From assembly GCA_030390025.1 (NCBI GenBank), contig CM059440.1:53878001-53942000 (forward strand): a stretch of 64,000 nt of DNA. The letters are read 5' to 3'. Each line of letters opens with the position of its first letter. Within the stretch, counting starts at the first letter, position 1. A model generated the notes under the pieces. It was not told where the DNA came from and did no database searches. It saw nothing but the letters and a program-made list of their open reading frames with translations. This document shows positions 48,002 through 58,644 of the stretch, piece after piece. Both the position numbers and the translations under genes were made by a program. This stretch comes from Squalus acanthias (lineage: Eukaryota).

Positions 48002-48636
48002 TCAATAATTTGCCCTCAATTCCGTGGGCTTCTACGTTATTAACAGTTTCTTATGTGGAACTTTATCAAATGCCTTCTGGAAGTCCATATAAATAACATC
48101 CGTAGACATTCCCCTGTCCACTATTTTAGTCACCACCTCAAAAAATTCAATCAGGTTTGTCAGGCATGACCTACCTTTCACAAATCCATGCTGGCTCTCT
48201 GATCAACTGAACATTTTTGAGGTGTTCAGTCACCCTATCCTTAATTATGGACTCTAGCAATTTCCCCACTACAGATGTTAGGCTAACTGGTCTATAATTC
48301 CCTGGTTTCACTCTCTCGCCATTCTTAAATAGCGGAGTGACATGCACAATTTTCTAATCTAAAGGGACGGTTCCTGAATCGAGAGAACTTTGGAAGATTA
48401 TAGTTAGGGCATCTGCAATGGGCTCATCTACTTCCTTTAAAACCCTGGGATGGAAACCATCTGGTCCTGGGGAATTGTCACTCTTTAGTGCCATTATTTT
48501 CTTCATCATTGTTATTTTACTTACGTTAATTTTATTGAGTCCCCATCCCTGATTCAATATTAGTTTCCTTGGGATTTCTGGCATGCTACCCTCTTCCTCT
48601 ACTGTAAATACTGACGCAAAGTAATTATTCAACATG

Positions 48637-48915
48637 TTCTTGAGAAGGTGGTGGTGAGCCGCCTTCTTGAAGTCCTCAGTCCGTGTGGTGAAGGTACTCC
48701 CACAGTGCTGTTAGGGAGGGAGTTCCAGGATTTTGACCCAGCGACAATGAAGGAATGGCCGATATATTTCCAAGTCAGGATGGTGTGTGACTTGGAGGGG
48801 AACTTGGAGGTGGTGGAGTTCCCATGCGCCTGCTGCCCTTGTCCTTCTAGGTGGAAGAGGTCGCAGGTTTGGGAGGTGCTGTCGAAGAAGCCTTGGCGAG
48901 TTGCTGCAGTGCATT
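48637..48915 (-). mobile_element. LINE family B fragment
   Basis: HCSNSPRLLRQHLPN.. as at 31750-32015. Confidence 0.85.
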
Positions 48916-49454
48916 AGGAGCATCTAACATGGCAACTCAAACATGACGTGCTGTGATATTTGCAATAATGATGTTTTTACAGCAATTCCAAGACTGCGCT
49001 CTTTAGGTCGTCACAGTGGCGCGCAGGATTGGAGCTATAATACTGGACTGGAAAGAACGGACCACATGTCCACAGTTCTTCATATGGTGAGTTCTGATAA
49101 CAGAAGGAAGAGATACCAAGTGGAGGAAGGCACCTGCCCACAGGGAGGAATCAAAGGAAGATCAGAGGGAAAGTTACCACAGGCCTTCTTCTCAGGCTTC
49201 TAGCTATTGGGTATAGAAAGGAATTTTTAGAGGTCTGGGATTGGGTCCGTAGCCCATTTCAGGGCATAAGGAGACGAGGCGTGAAGAAAAAGAAAATAGG
49301 TTCCAACCCTTCCCCACCAAAATTAAATCGTTGCCTTGATTTAGCTTTTATATGATGAAAAATTATTAATATACAATGGCAGGATTACATTTCCACTACA
49401 TCTTTGAATAAAGCACCACTCATTTTTATTAAACGTACGTTCAAATGCACTGCC

Positions 49455-49820
49455 CGCTGTGGTGCTGTGCCGCACAGACCAGCAAGAGTTTGAACCTGGG
49501 CTGTGTCATCAGTTGATCTCATCCAGTCTGAGCATTAAAATTTGCCTGAGTCAGCGCCCCTGTGATAATGAGGGAAAGATCAGTCACCGTTCCCAATCCT
49601 AATCACTACCCAGTGATCCCCAGCTAGAAGTGTGTGTGTGTCTGTGTGTGTATAATATATAAAGGATCAGGAGTTGATGGGCTCAGCTCTAATGCCCCTG
49701 TAGTCAAATTATTTGCTAACATTCACCGTCTGTGGCTCTCAGATGAAGAATGACATTTGAGTAAGTACGAGAAGGCTGCTGGTTGTTGTGAAGCCCATAG
49801 GCACCTCGGGGGTGGAGAAG
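49455..49820 (+). mobile_element. Old AmnSINE2-like SINE
   Basis: gcacagaccagc...cactacccagtgatccccagctagaagtgtgtg...atgaagaatgac. Confidence 0.6.
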
Positions 49821-49936
49821 ACTGACCCACTTGTTTAAAAAAAAAGTACCTCTACAAGTGTATAAATGCATGTTATGTAACCGTGTAAAGTGCATACATA
49901 CACAGAATGTGAGTCCATGCCTCCTTTCCTTTATAA

Positions 49937-50392
49937 TGTCAGCTGTGGCTCAGTGGGCAGCACCCTCATCTCTGAGTCAGAAGGTTGTGGGTTCAAGTCC
50001 CACTCCAGAGACTCGAGCACAAAAATCTAGGCTGACACTCCAGTGCAGTGCTGAGGGAGTGCTGCACTGTCAGAGGTGCTGTCTTTCGGATGAGACATTA
50101 AACCAAGGCCCTGTCTGCTCTCTCAAGTGGATGTAAAAGATCCCATGGCACTATTTTGAAGAAGAGCAGGGGAGTTGTCCCCGGTCAATATGTATCCCTC
50201 AATCAACATCACTAAAACAGATTATCTGGTCATTATCACATTTCTGTTTGTGGGAGCTTGCTGTGCACAAATTGGCAGCTGCGTTTCCTACATTACAACA
50301 GTGACTCCACTTCAAAAAGTACTTCATTGGCTGTAAAGAGCTTTGAGATGTCTGGTGGTCGCAAAAGGCGCTATACAAATGCAAGTCTTTTT
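49937..50392 (+). mobile_element. DeuSINE (SacSINE1-like), full length
   Basis: A and B boxes, core and tail. Confidence 0.92.
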
Positions 50393-50419
50393 GATTTGCT
50401 TATTCTGTAATTTCTTTTC

Positions 50420-50810
50420 TTTCCTTCCCCTCTTTTTCTGATGGTGTTGATCGCATGGGGAAGTATGGTTCCACAGGTGCTGGTTGCTGCACTGTGAGTT
50501 TGCTTCATGTGTTTGCCTTGACTGTGAGTGTGGGCCAGGCTATCTGGTTGTGGAACGGGACAGCATCACAACTGATGCCAAGCCTGTTCCCCGCCAATGT
50601 CTACATAAGGTGCATTTCCAGACGAGGTCACTGGATAGCGATCAGGAGCGGCAGCCTTCGCCTGCTTTCCCTTCCTGTACTGTGATGCTGAGGCCACTTC
50701 GAACCACTGCTAACTGAGGTCCGCTAACTCAGCACAGGCTGGGGATCAAATCTAGGATTTCCCAGTCTGTATGGCTCAGGCACTCGCTGTCTTAACTGGC
50801 TGAGCCATCT
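50420..50810 (-). mobile_element. Old AmnSINE2-like SINE
   Basis: ggtcactggatagcgatcaggagcgg...gctaactcagcacagg...gtctgtatggctcag. Confidence 0.68.
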
Positions 50811-50966
50811 TGCGAGCTATTTTTCTGTTCATTTCTGTTTATTATTTTTAATAACTTTAAAATGGCAGTACCGGTAGGAACAGCGACAGAGGATGTGCTG
50901 GTGATGGGAAGAAAATGGTGCGTTTGCAGAAATCATTTTGTGGTATAAATGAGTTGCTGCTGCGTA

Positions 50967-51439
50967 AAAGAAAGAAAGACTTGCATTTCTATAGCGCCTT
51001 TCACAACCACCGGACTTCCCAAAGCACTTTACAGCCAATGAAGCACTATTTGAAGTGGAGTCACTGTTGTAATGTAGGAAACGCGGCAGCCAATCTGCAC
51101 ACAGCAAGCTCCCACAAACAGCAATGTGATAATGACCAGATAATCTGTTTTTAGTGATGTTGATTGAGAGATAAATATTGGCCTAGGACACCGGGGATAA
51201 TTCCACTGCTCTTCTTCGAAATAGTGCCGCGGGATCTTTTACGTCCACCTGAGAGAGCAGACGGGGCCTCGGTTTAACGTCTCGTCCGAAAGACGGCACC
51301 TCCGACAGTGCAGCGCTCCCTCAGCACTGCACTGGAGTGTCGGCCTAGCTTTATGTGCTCAAGTCCCTGGAGTGGGACTAGGAACCCACAACCTTCTGAC
51401 TCAGAGGCGAGTGTGCTGCCCACTGAGCCACAGCTGACA
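50967..51439 (-). mobile_element. DeuSINE (SacSINE1-like), full length
   Basis: Reverse complement of the complete SINE. Confidence 0.92.
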
Positions 51440-52184
51440 CTGTATCAGGAAACACCTGTTTAAGATTTTTGTCCAGATTACGACTAGGAGCTCAGAGGCA
51501 ATTGTCCCATCAATACAGTCAATGAGATACATAAATTTACTCATTGAATCCATTTCACAAATACTGTACAGTGACACTTCAGAATCAGAATGCAATATAG
51601 TTTTCAACATATTGTAAAGAAATGATTTGCATACCAATAAGGCGAGCTACTGTGTTCAGATATAAATCCAGGAAGCTAACAGACTGCGTACTGGATAGTA
51701 TGTGGGCTTACTGTTTAAAAAAAAGATATAATTATACTTTTGACGTGTGTGGCACACAGGTTTGGTGAGACATTGGCAGACTTTTAGATTTCACTTCTCA
51801 GCCTCCTCCTGTTATGAGTCATCGAGATAAGATGTTTCTGCAGATAGTTGCAGGCTTGAATCCAATTAGAGTTCTGCAGTTCCGAGAGAATCCATTATCC
51901 TGTTTGTAAAAACCCAGAGAACTGAAACCATTATGAGGAGAATGGTCACCTCAGCACACATTCAGCTTGCCAATCGAAGCATCTACTCATGGCAGGCACT
52001 ATTATCCAGTAAAGGAAATGAGGAAGGTTCAATACATAGAACTGATTTTATTAGGAAAGACTGAAGAAACCTACAGCCTCGAAATGAAGCAGCTAAGAGA
52101 TAACCCCCCGCACCCCCCTCGCCCCCGTATAGAGGTATATAAGATATTAAATTGTAAAGGAAAGGTAAATAGGACCACTACTTC

Positions 52185-53100
52185 AGGGAGCAGAAGAGAT
52201 TTACAAGAATGGTTCCAGGGATGAGGGACTTCAGTTACGTGGATAGGCTGCAGAAGCTGGGGTTGCTCTCCTTAGAGCAGAGAAGGTTGAGAGGAGATTT
52301 GATAGAGGTGTTAAAATCATGAGTGGTCTGGACAGAGTAGATAAGAGAGAAACTGTTCCCATTGGCAGAGGGGTCGAGAACCAGAGGACACAGATTTAAG
52401 GTGATTGGCAAAAGATTGGCACCCCATCCACCACCTTAAACATTCACTCCCTCCACCGCCGGCGTACCGTGGCTGCAGTGTGTACCATCTACAAGATACA
52501 CTCGTCAAGGCTTTTTCGGCAGCACCTCCCAAACCCGTGACCTCTTTCGCCTAGAAGGACAAGGGTAGCAGGCGCATGGGAACACCACCACCTCCAAGTT
52601 CCCCTCCAAGTCAAGCACCATCCTGACTTAGAATTATATCGCCGATCCTTCATCGTCGCTGGGTCAAAATCCTGGAACTCCCTCCCTAACAGCACTGTGG
52701 GAGTACCTTCACCACACGGACTGCAGCAGTTCAAGAAGGCGGCTCACCACCACCTTCTCAAGGTCAATTAGGGATGGGCAATAAATGCTGGCTTTGCCAG
52801 CAACGCCCACATCCCATAAACCAATTAAAAAAAAAAATCCAAAGGCAACATGAGGAAAAACTTTATTACGCAGCGAGTGGTTATGATCTGGAATGCACTG
52901 CCTGAAAGGGTGGTGGAGGCAGACTCAATCGTGGCCTTCAAAAGGAAATTGGATAAATACCTGAAGGAAAAAAAATTGCAGGGCTACGGGGAAAGGGTGG
53001 GGGAGTGGGACTGGCTGAAGTGGTCTTGCAGAGAGCCGGCACGGGCTCGACGGGCCAAATGGCCTCCTTCTGTGTTGTAACCATTCTACAATTCTATGAT
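52185..53100 (+). mobile_element. CR1 3' fragment split by a LINE family B insertion
   Basis: gtgattggcaaaag [insert] tccaaaggcaacatgagg; compare the uninterrupted copy at 37410-37445. Confidence 0.88.
52417..52837 (+). mobile_element. LINE family B 3' end with poly-A
   Basis: Matches 31670-32085. Confidence 0.88.
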
Positions 53101-53669
53101 TCACATTAACCTGTGACAGTGGGGCAAAGGGGAAACATGTTCAACAGAAAGTTTAGGTGTCATGAAGATTTTCTTCACATAAAGAGCGAACAATATGTGG
53201 AATGGATTTCTGGGCCAGATTGTGAAGTCAAAAACGCTAGAATATTTTGGAAAGTAGCTGGATACTGTAATGGGATGACTATAAACTCTTTAAGGATGCA
53301 TGAGTGAAGATAGGCTGAGAAACCTTTCAAAAATGATTGACACCCTTCTCACCTGAATTGAGTGCAAAATTTAGAATGCTAACTCCTCTAGCCAAATATA
53401 ATGGGATATAAATGCAGGAATATGAGAGGGGGGATTTTTAAACTATCAGACCTGTCATTGGGGGTGTCCTCTGAAGTACACCAGCCTCCATCTGGTCTTG
53501 CGTACAATGCCTCACAAACATTTTGATTTATTCAAATGGAGGTTGTAGTTATGACCTTTCTTCCCCCTCCCCTCTTAAGATCAGTTTAAAAAAATCTAAT
53601 TTGCCCTAGCAACAGTCGACTAATTATGACCCTCCCCCCTCCCAGGATTAATCCAGTTGTGACCCAACA

Positions 53670-54316
53670 AATACAAAGAGAAATTGCAAACGCTGAAACA
53701 AGAACAAACATTTCTGGGAACACACAGTAGGTTCTCTGAAGAAGTACACTGTCTGAAACATTTACCTATCTTTTTCTGACCCACCTGCTGTTGCCCGTGT
53801 CCTAACTCGCACCAAGTCCCGTTCAGCCATCATCCCTGTGCTCGCTGACCTACATTGGCTCCCAGTTGAGCAACACCTCGATTTCAAAATTCTCATCCTT
53901 GTTTTCAAATCCCCCTCATGGCCTCGCCCCCTCCCTATCTCTGTAACCTCCTCCAGCCCCACAACCCTCCCCGAGATCTCTGCGCTCCTTCAATTCTGGC
54001 CTCCTGCTTATCCCCGATTTTCATCACTCCATCATTGGCGGCCGTGCCTTCAGCTGCCTGGGCCCAAGCTCTGGAATTCCCTCCCTAAACCTCTCTACCT
54101 CTCTACCTCTCTTTCCTACTTTAAGACGCTCCTTAAAACACACCTCTTTGACCAAGCATTTGGTCATCTGCCCTAATATCTCCTTATGTGGCTCGGTGTC
54201 AAAGTTTGTTTGATATTCGCCCCTGTGAAGCACCTTGGAATATTTTACTACATTAAAGGCGCTATATAAATACAAATTGTTGTTGCTGTGTGTTATCAGC
54301 AATTTCTGGTTTTGTT
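53670..54316. mobile_element. Old Penelope-type palindromic element interrupted by L2
   Basis: gaacaaacatttctgggaacacacag...tctgaagaagtacactgtctgaaacatt...[L2]...ctgtgtgttatcagcaatttctggtttttgtt. Confidence 0.5.
53792..54285 (+). mobile_element. L2-clade LINE 3' end
   Basis: LADLHWLPV..FKILILVFK..KLWNSLP..FKTLLKTHLF; (GTT)n tail. Confidence 0.9.
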
Positions 54317-54650
54317 CCTGTCATGGCCCCTTCAGTAGCCAGGAACCAGCCAATTAATTTAGTCAAGCTGAATGAATTTCACGCCAAGTGAATGAGACTT
54401 GATCAATCTGTCTATGTAGCTCCAACGTAAAGAGAGAACAAAAGCAAGACCAACCTTCTTTATAACCTTCCTCACATAATCTTGGCCTCCGTAGGATCTG
54501 GACGAATATTGCCCAATTACCACGTCCTTTGATAGGCATTTTAAAAATGTGAAGAATGTTAGGAAGCTGAATTATGATCGTGGTCCCGCACCTCAACATA
54601 CACAACACAACACTTAACTGACATCACAGTGACGGGACATTCCATGCTGC

Positions 54651-54742
54651 AGCAACAACAACAACAACTTGTATTCATATAGCGCCTTTAACGTAGTAAA
54701 ACGTCCCAAGGCGCTGCACAGGAGTATTGTAAGACAAAAAAA
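54651..54742 (-). mobile_element. L2 extreme 3' tail
   Basis: (CAA)n cttgtattcatatagcgcctt. Confidence 0.75.
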
Positions 54743-54789
54743 AACATGCTATCAGATGGTTGCGGTAGTTGGTTCAATACATCGAGAGA

Positions 54790-54970
54790 GCACATAATCC
54801 AGGCTGACACCTCAGTGTAGCACTGAGGGAGTGCTGCACTGTGGGAGGTGCCGTCTTTCAGATGAGGCGTTAGACCAAGGCCTTCTCTGCTCTCTCAGAT
54901 GGACGTATAAGATACCATGGCACTATTTCTAAGAAGAGCAGTGGAGTTCTCCCAGTGTCCTGGCCAACGC
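54790..54970 (+). mobile_element. DeuSINE internal fragment
   Basis: ggctgacacc...ggaggtgccgtctttcagatgag...gtgtcctggcca. Confidence 0.8.
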
Positions 54971-55258
54971 CTATTAACGCTGATGCTCCCCACCACCATT
55001 TTTAAAGGGGGCCTAGCACTGGGTGGCCAAAGCGCCTGCCTGTTTCAGGTGGTAGGCCCTTTTAATGTGACATACACTGAATCCGGATTGCCATATTAGG
55101 GCAGATCTGTGCAGAGCTTACACTGTCCCACTAGTTTCACTGCCGGTACAGCAGCAGACGCCTCAAGAAGGTGAGTTTTCAATTGTTTTTGTGGGACCAG
55201 GAGAAACTGGAGTGCTCCTCCGGGCCCCACAGAGAGAATCTGGGCTCCTGCTGCCCTA

Positions 55259-55809
55259 GTCTCCCATCCCCCTCCCCCTCCCCATCCCCCTCCCCCTCCC
55301 TTCCCCTCCCGCTCTCCCTCCCCATCCCCCTCCCCCTCCCCATCCCCCCTCCCCCTCTCCTCCCGCTCTCCCTCCCCCTCCCCATCCCGCTCCCCCTCCC
55401 CCTCTCCCTCCCCCTCCCGCTCTCCCTCCCCCTCTCCCTCCCCCTCCCCCATCCCTTCTCCCTCCCCCTCCCCCATCCCTTCTCCCTCCCCCTCCCGCTC
55501 TCCCACCCCCTCTCCCTCCCCCTCCCCCCTCCCTCCCCTCCCCATCCCGCTTCCCTCCCCCTCTCCCTCCCCCTCCCGCTCCCCCTCCCCCTCTCCCTCC
55601 CGCTCTCCCTCCCCCTCCCCCCATCCCTTCTCCCTCCCCCTCCCACTCTCCCACCCCCTCTCCCTCCCCCTCCCCCCTCCCTCCCCCTCCCCATCCCGCT
55701 CCCCCTCCCCCTCTCCCTCCCGCTCCCCCTCCCCCTCTCCCTCTCCCTCCCCTCCCTCTCCCCCTCCCCTCTCCCCCCTCCCTCTCCCCCTCCCCTCTCC
55801 TCCCTCTCA
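55259..55809. repeat. Polypyrimidine (CCCTCC-type) low-complexity tract
   Basis: About 550 bp almost entirely C/T in 6-bp-like units. Confidence 0.92.
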
Positions 55810-55982
55810 NNNNNNNNNNNNNNNNNNNNNNNNNNNNNNNNNNNNNNNNNNNNNNNNNNNNNNNNNNNNNNNNNNNNNNNNNNNNNNNNNNNNNNNNNNN
55901 NNNNNNNNNNNNNNNNNNNNNNNNNNNNNNNNNNNNNNNNNNNNNNNNNNNNNNNNNNNNNNNNNNNNNNNNNNNNNNNNNN
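55810..55982. other. Assembly gap (173 N)
   Basis: Run of N. Confidence 0.99.
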
Positions 55983-56564
55983 TGAATCCCCTCCAGGACC
56001 TACCTTGCTGCTGGCTGGGTGAGCACTGGGCCACACGATATTAGTCCAGCCCAACAGCAGTGAGCTGCCTCGAGTGACGCAGGTTTGGTGCCGGCCGTTC
56101 GCTGGCTCGAATTAAATGAGGCCCGGACTTCGAAATGGCTCTGACCTCTTCACCCCCTGGCGGCTGGCCTTTCCTCTGGTTGGCCGCCTAAAAGTTATAG
56201 GCCGCGAAATTCGGAGGTCTAGCGCCGGCCGGCAAGGCCGGTGTTGCTGAAAAAGTGGCGGCTGCCTCGCCTCCGACACGGAACACGGCGGCCACCATTT
56301 TGGGGATGTCGATAGCGCTGCCGTTGCCTGTGCTCGCCGCCCACATATAAACATGCAGATCCTGATGTCAATCGACGTGCAACGCTAACTTGGGCCTCCT
56401 GCCGAGGGCACAGCCTGTCAGTAGCGCGATTGTCGCTGGGCTGTGCGCTGCGGTCATTTCAATTAGCAGCCAGCTGCAAATTGACGAGCTGCCCGCAGTT
56501 TCTGAGCGGGCGTGGGACTGTCTCGCATCACGGTGCCCGCTCCTGTTTTCTTCCACAATCTCTC

Positions 56565-56811
56565 CACACTGCTGTTTGTGGGATTTTGCTGCCATGTTTC
56601 CCGACATTAAAAAGAAAGACTTGCATTTCTACAACGCCTTTCATGGCTTCAGATCGCCCCAAAGCACTTTACAGCCAACTAAGTACTTTTGTAAGTGTCG
56701 TCACTGTCGTAATGTAACATCACAACAGTGACTGCACTTCAATCGTACTTCATTTGCTGCGAAGCGCTTTGGCGACATGAATGGCTCCACATAAATGCAA
56801 GTTCTTTCTTT
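56565..56811. mobile_element. DeuSINE 3' half (+) containing an inverted DeuSINE 3' segment (56609-56715, -)
   Basis: Arms meet at gtcactgtcgtaatgt-a-acatcacaacagtgac. Confidence 0.75.
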
Positions 56812-57219
56812 ATAAAACTTACTGACCTAGATTTAATGGAACCCCATTACAGCCCTGTAGGGCAGGGAAAGTGACTCCGTCTGTGTTTAGAAAGTGCTCT
56901 GAGTCCTGAGCTGCGGGCCTTAGCTGCGCATTTACTTATTCTTAAATCAGGCCGATTACATGCACTTTGATTTTGATTGCTATCATTTTTTTTCCCTGGT
57001 GATACTGTGGCTGACCCGTTCGCTTTGTCACTTTCTTTACAGTGAGTAAACAGGCAGCTCTGTCAGCGGCCATGACCTCCGAGGTGCAGTGTTTATTGCT
57101 GTCTAGAAAGGCTCTTACCGACTGCACTGACCTATTTTAGTCGTTTGATTCTGACGAGGGCTGAACAAAGTCCACTCGACCTGAATCCAACTTCAGAGCT
57201 GATCTTGATCAATCTTTCC

Positions 57220-57392
57220 TCATTATCTCATTGCTGTTTGTGGGAGCTTGCTGTGCACAATTTGGCTGCCGCGTTGCCCACATTGCAACAGTGACCACAC
57301 TTCAATAAGTGCTTCATTGGCTGTAAAGCGCTTTGGGATGTCCTGAGGTTGTGAAAGGCGCTATATAAATGCAAGTCTTTCTTTCTTTCTTT
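57220..57392 (+). mobile_element. DeuSINE 3' fragment
   Basis: cattgctgtttgtgggagc...gcgctatataaatgcaagtc(TTTC)n. Confidence 0.88.
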
Positions 57393-57534
57393 TGTTCGTC
57401 TGGCTTCTTTTGTTATTCGCGGTTTACTGAATGTCCTGGACTACATACATGGATCGACAATTTCATTTATTAGAACAGTGTTCCAGAACATTGAATGAAG
57501 TGTCAGATGCAGCAGAAAGGAAGGACTAGGATTC

Positions 57535-57720
57535 AATGAGCACTCACACCCGCAAATACGACAGCCAAGTTGTGCACAGCAAGATCCCACAAATAGAAAA
57601 TTAGATGAATAACCAATTCATCTATTTTTGTTGAGGGAGTAGTTTGGCCAGCACTTGAACAGGCCTCTGTGTAATCTCTCATCCAAAATAGAGAACACCT
57701 CCAACGGTGCAGCGCTCCCT
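57535..57720 (-). mobile_element. Diverged DeuSINE running into a minisatellite
   Basis: gcacagcaagatcccacaaa...ttgaggga...ctcatccaaaa...cacctccaacggtgcagcgctccc. Confidence 0.7.
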
Positions 57721-58342
57721 CAGTACTGCCCCTCCGACAGTGCAACGCTCCCTCAGTACTGCCCCTCCGACAGTGCGGCGCTCCCTCAGTACTGCCCCTC
57801 CGACAGTGCAGCCCTCCCTCAGTACTGCCCCTCCGACAGTGCAACGCTCCCTCAGTACCACCCCTCTGACAGTGCGGCACTCCCTCAGTACTGCCCCTCC
57901 GACAGTGCAGCACTCCCTCAGTACTGCCCCTCCGACAGTGCAGCACTCCCCCAGTACTGCCCCTCCGACAGTGCAGCGCTCCCTCAGTACTGCCCCTCCG
58001 ACAGTGCAGCGCTCCCTCAGTACTGCCCCTCCGACAGTGCAGCACTCCCCCAGTACTGCCCCTCCGACAGTGCAGCACTCCCCCAGTACTGCCCCTCCGA
58101 CAGTGCGGCACTCCCTCAGTACTGCCCCTCCGACAGTGCAGCCCTCCCTCAGTACTGCCCCTCCGACAGTGCAGCGCTTCCTCAGTACTGCCCCTCTGAC
58201 AGTGCAGCACTCCCTCAGTACTGCCCTTCCGACAGTACGGCGCTCCCTCAGTACTGCCCCTCCGACAGTGCAGCGCTCCCTCAGTACTGCCCCTCCGACA
58301 GTGCAGCTCTCCCTCAGTACTGCCCCTCCGACAGTGCAGCAC
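57697..58342. repeat. 33-bp minisatellite, about 19.5 copies, unit CCTCCGACAGTGCAGCRCTCCCTCAGTACTGCC
   Basis: Direct tandem repeats; the unit equals SINE segment cctccgacagtgcagcactccctcagtactgc (compare 36829-36860). Confidence 0.95.
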
Positions 58343-58644
58343 TGTTTCTGTTCTGTAAGTTCTATGTAACGATTAACGGTAATTTTATAAACAGCACCTA
58401 ACATACTCTATTGTAACAGATAGTATTTCTTAGTTTAAAAGTTTAAAAGAGTGTTTTCAGGTTCCCAAAGATGACCTAAAATGATTGTGAAACGTGGCAC
58501 CAGCACAGTCAAGGTGGCTCTGCTGAGTTTATTTGAGGTTCAGACTTCAGATCACCGATTGGCTCTAAGACTCTAGCTAGCACTCTGCCTGAAAAGCGGT
58601 AGGGCTTTCCCAATGGTTTAGTGAACTAATGGAGCCCTCAGTCT

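Larger units (their letters stand above)
45565..48636 (-). mobile_element. CR1 LINE, 5'-truncated, with two nested insertions
   Basis: ORF2 pieces at 48354-48635, 47239-47493 and 46753-47169; (CATAGGAA)n tail at 45565. Confidence 0.92.
54985..56560. mobile_element. GC-rich Harbinger-like MITE sequence around a pyrimidine tract and the assembly gap
   Basis: tgtgggaccaggagaaactggagtgctcctccgggccccaca resembles 20097-20137; CpG-rich dyads at 56100-56560. Confidence 0.45.

Noticed and set aside
49937-50010. tRNA genes at SINE heads (here and in other copies)
   Set aside because: A and B boxes are present but run straight into the SINE core; these are tRNA-derived SINE heads, not tRNA genes.
693-51154. 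Recurrent small ORFs such as QIIWSLSHCCLWELAV and KDLHFYSAFHDHRTSQ
   Set aside because: Incidental translations of DeuSINE copies.
55096-56054. Pro/Leu- and Gly/Glu/Arg-rich ORFs
   Set aside because: Translations of the polypyrimidine tract and the N gap.
57080-57132. Possible miRNA hairpin (gtgcagt...actgcac)
   Set aside because: The stem is too short and matches no miRNA I recognise.
57697-58342. CRISPR-like array or repetitive protein gene (ORFs of 220-269 aa)
   Set aside because: There are no unique spacers and the context is eukaryotic; the ORFs arise because the 33-bp unit lacks stops in several frames.
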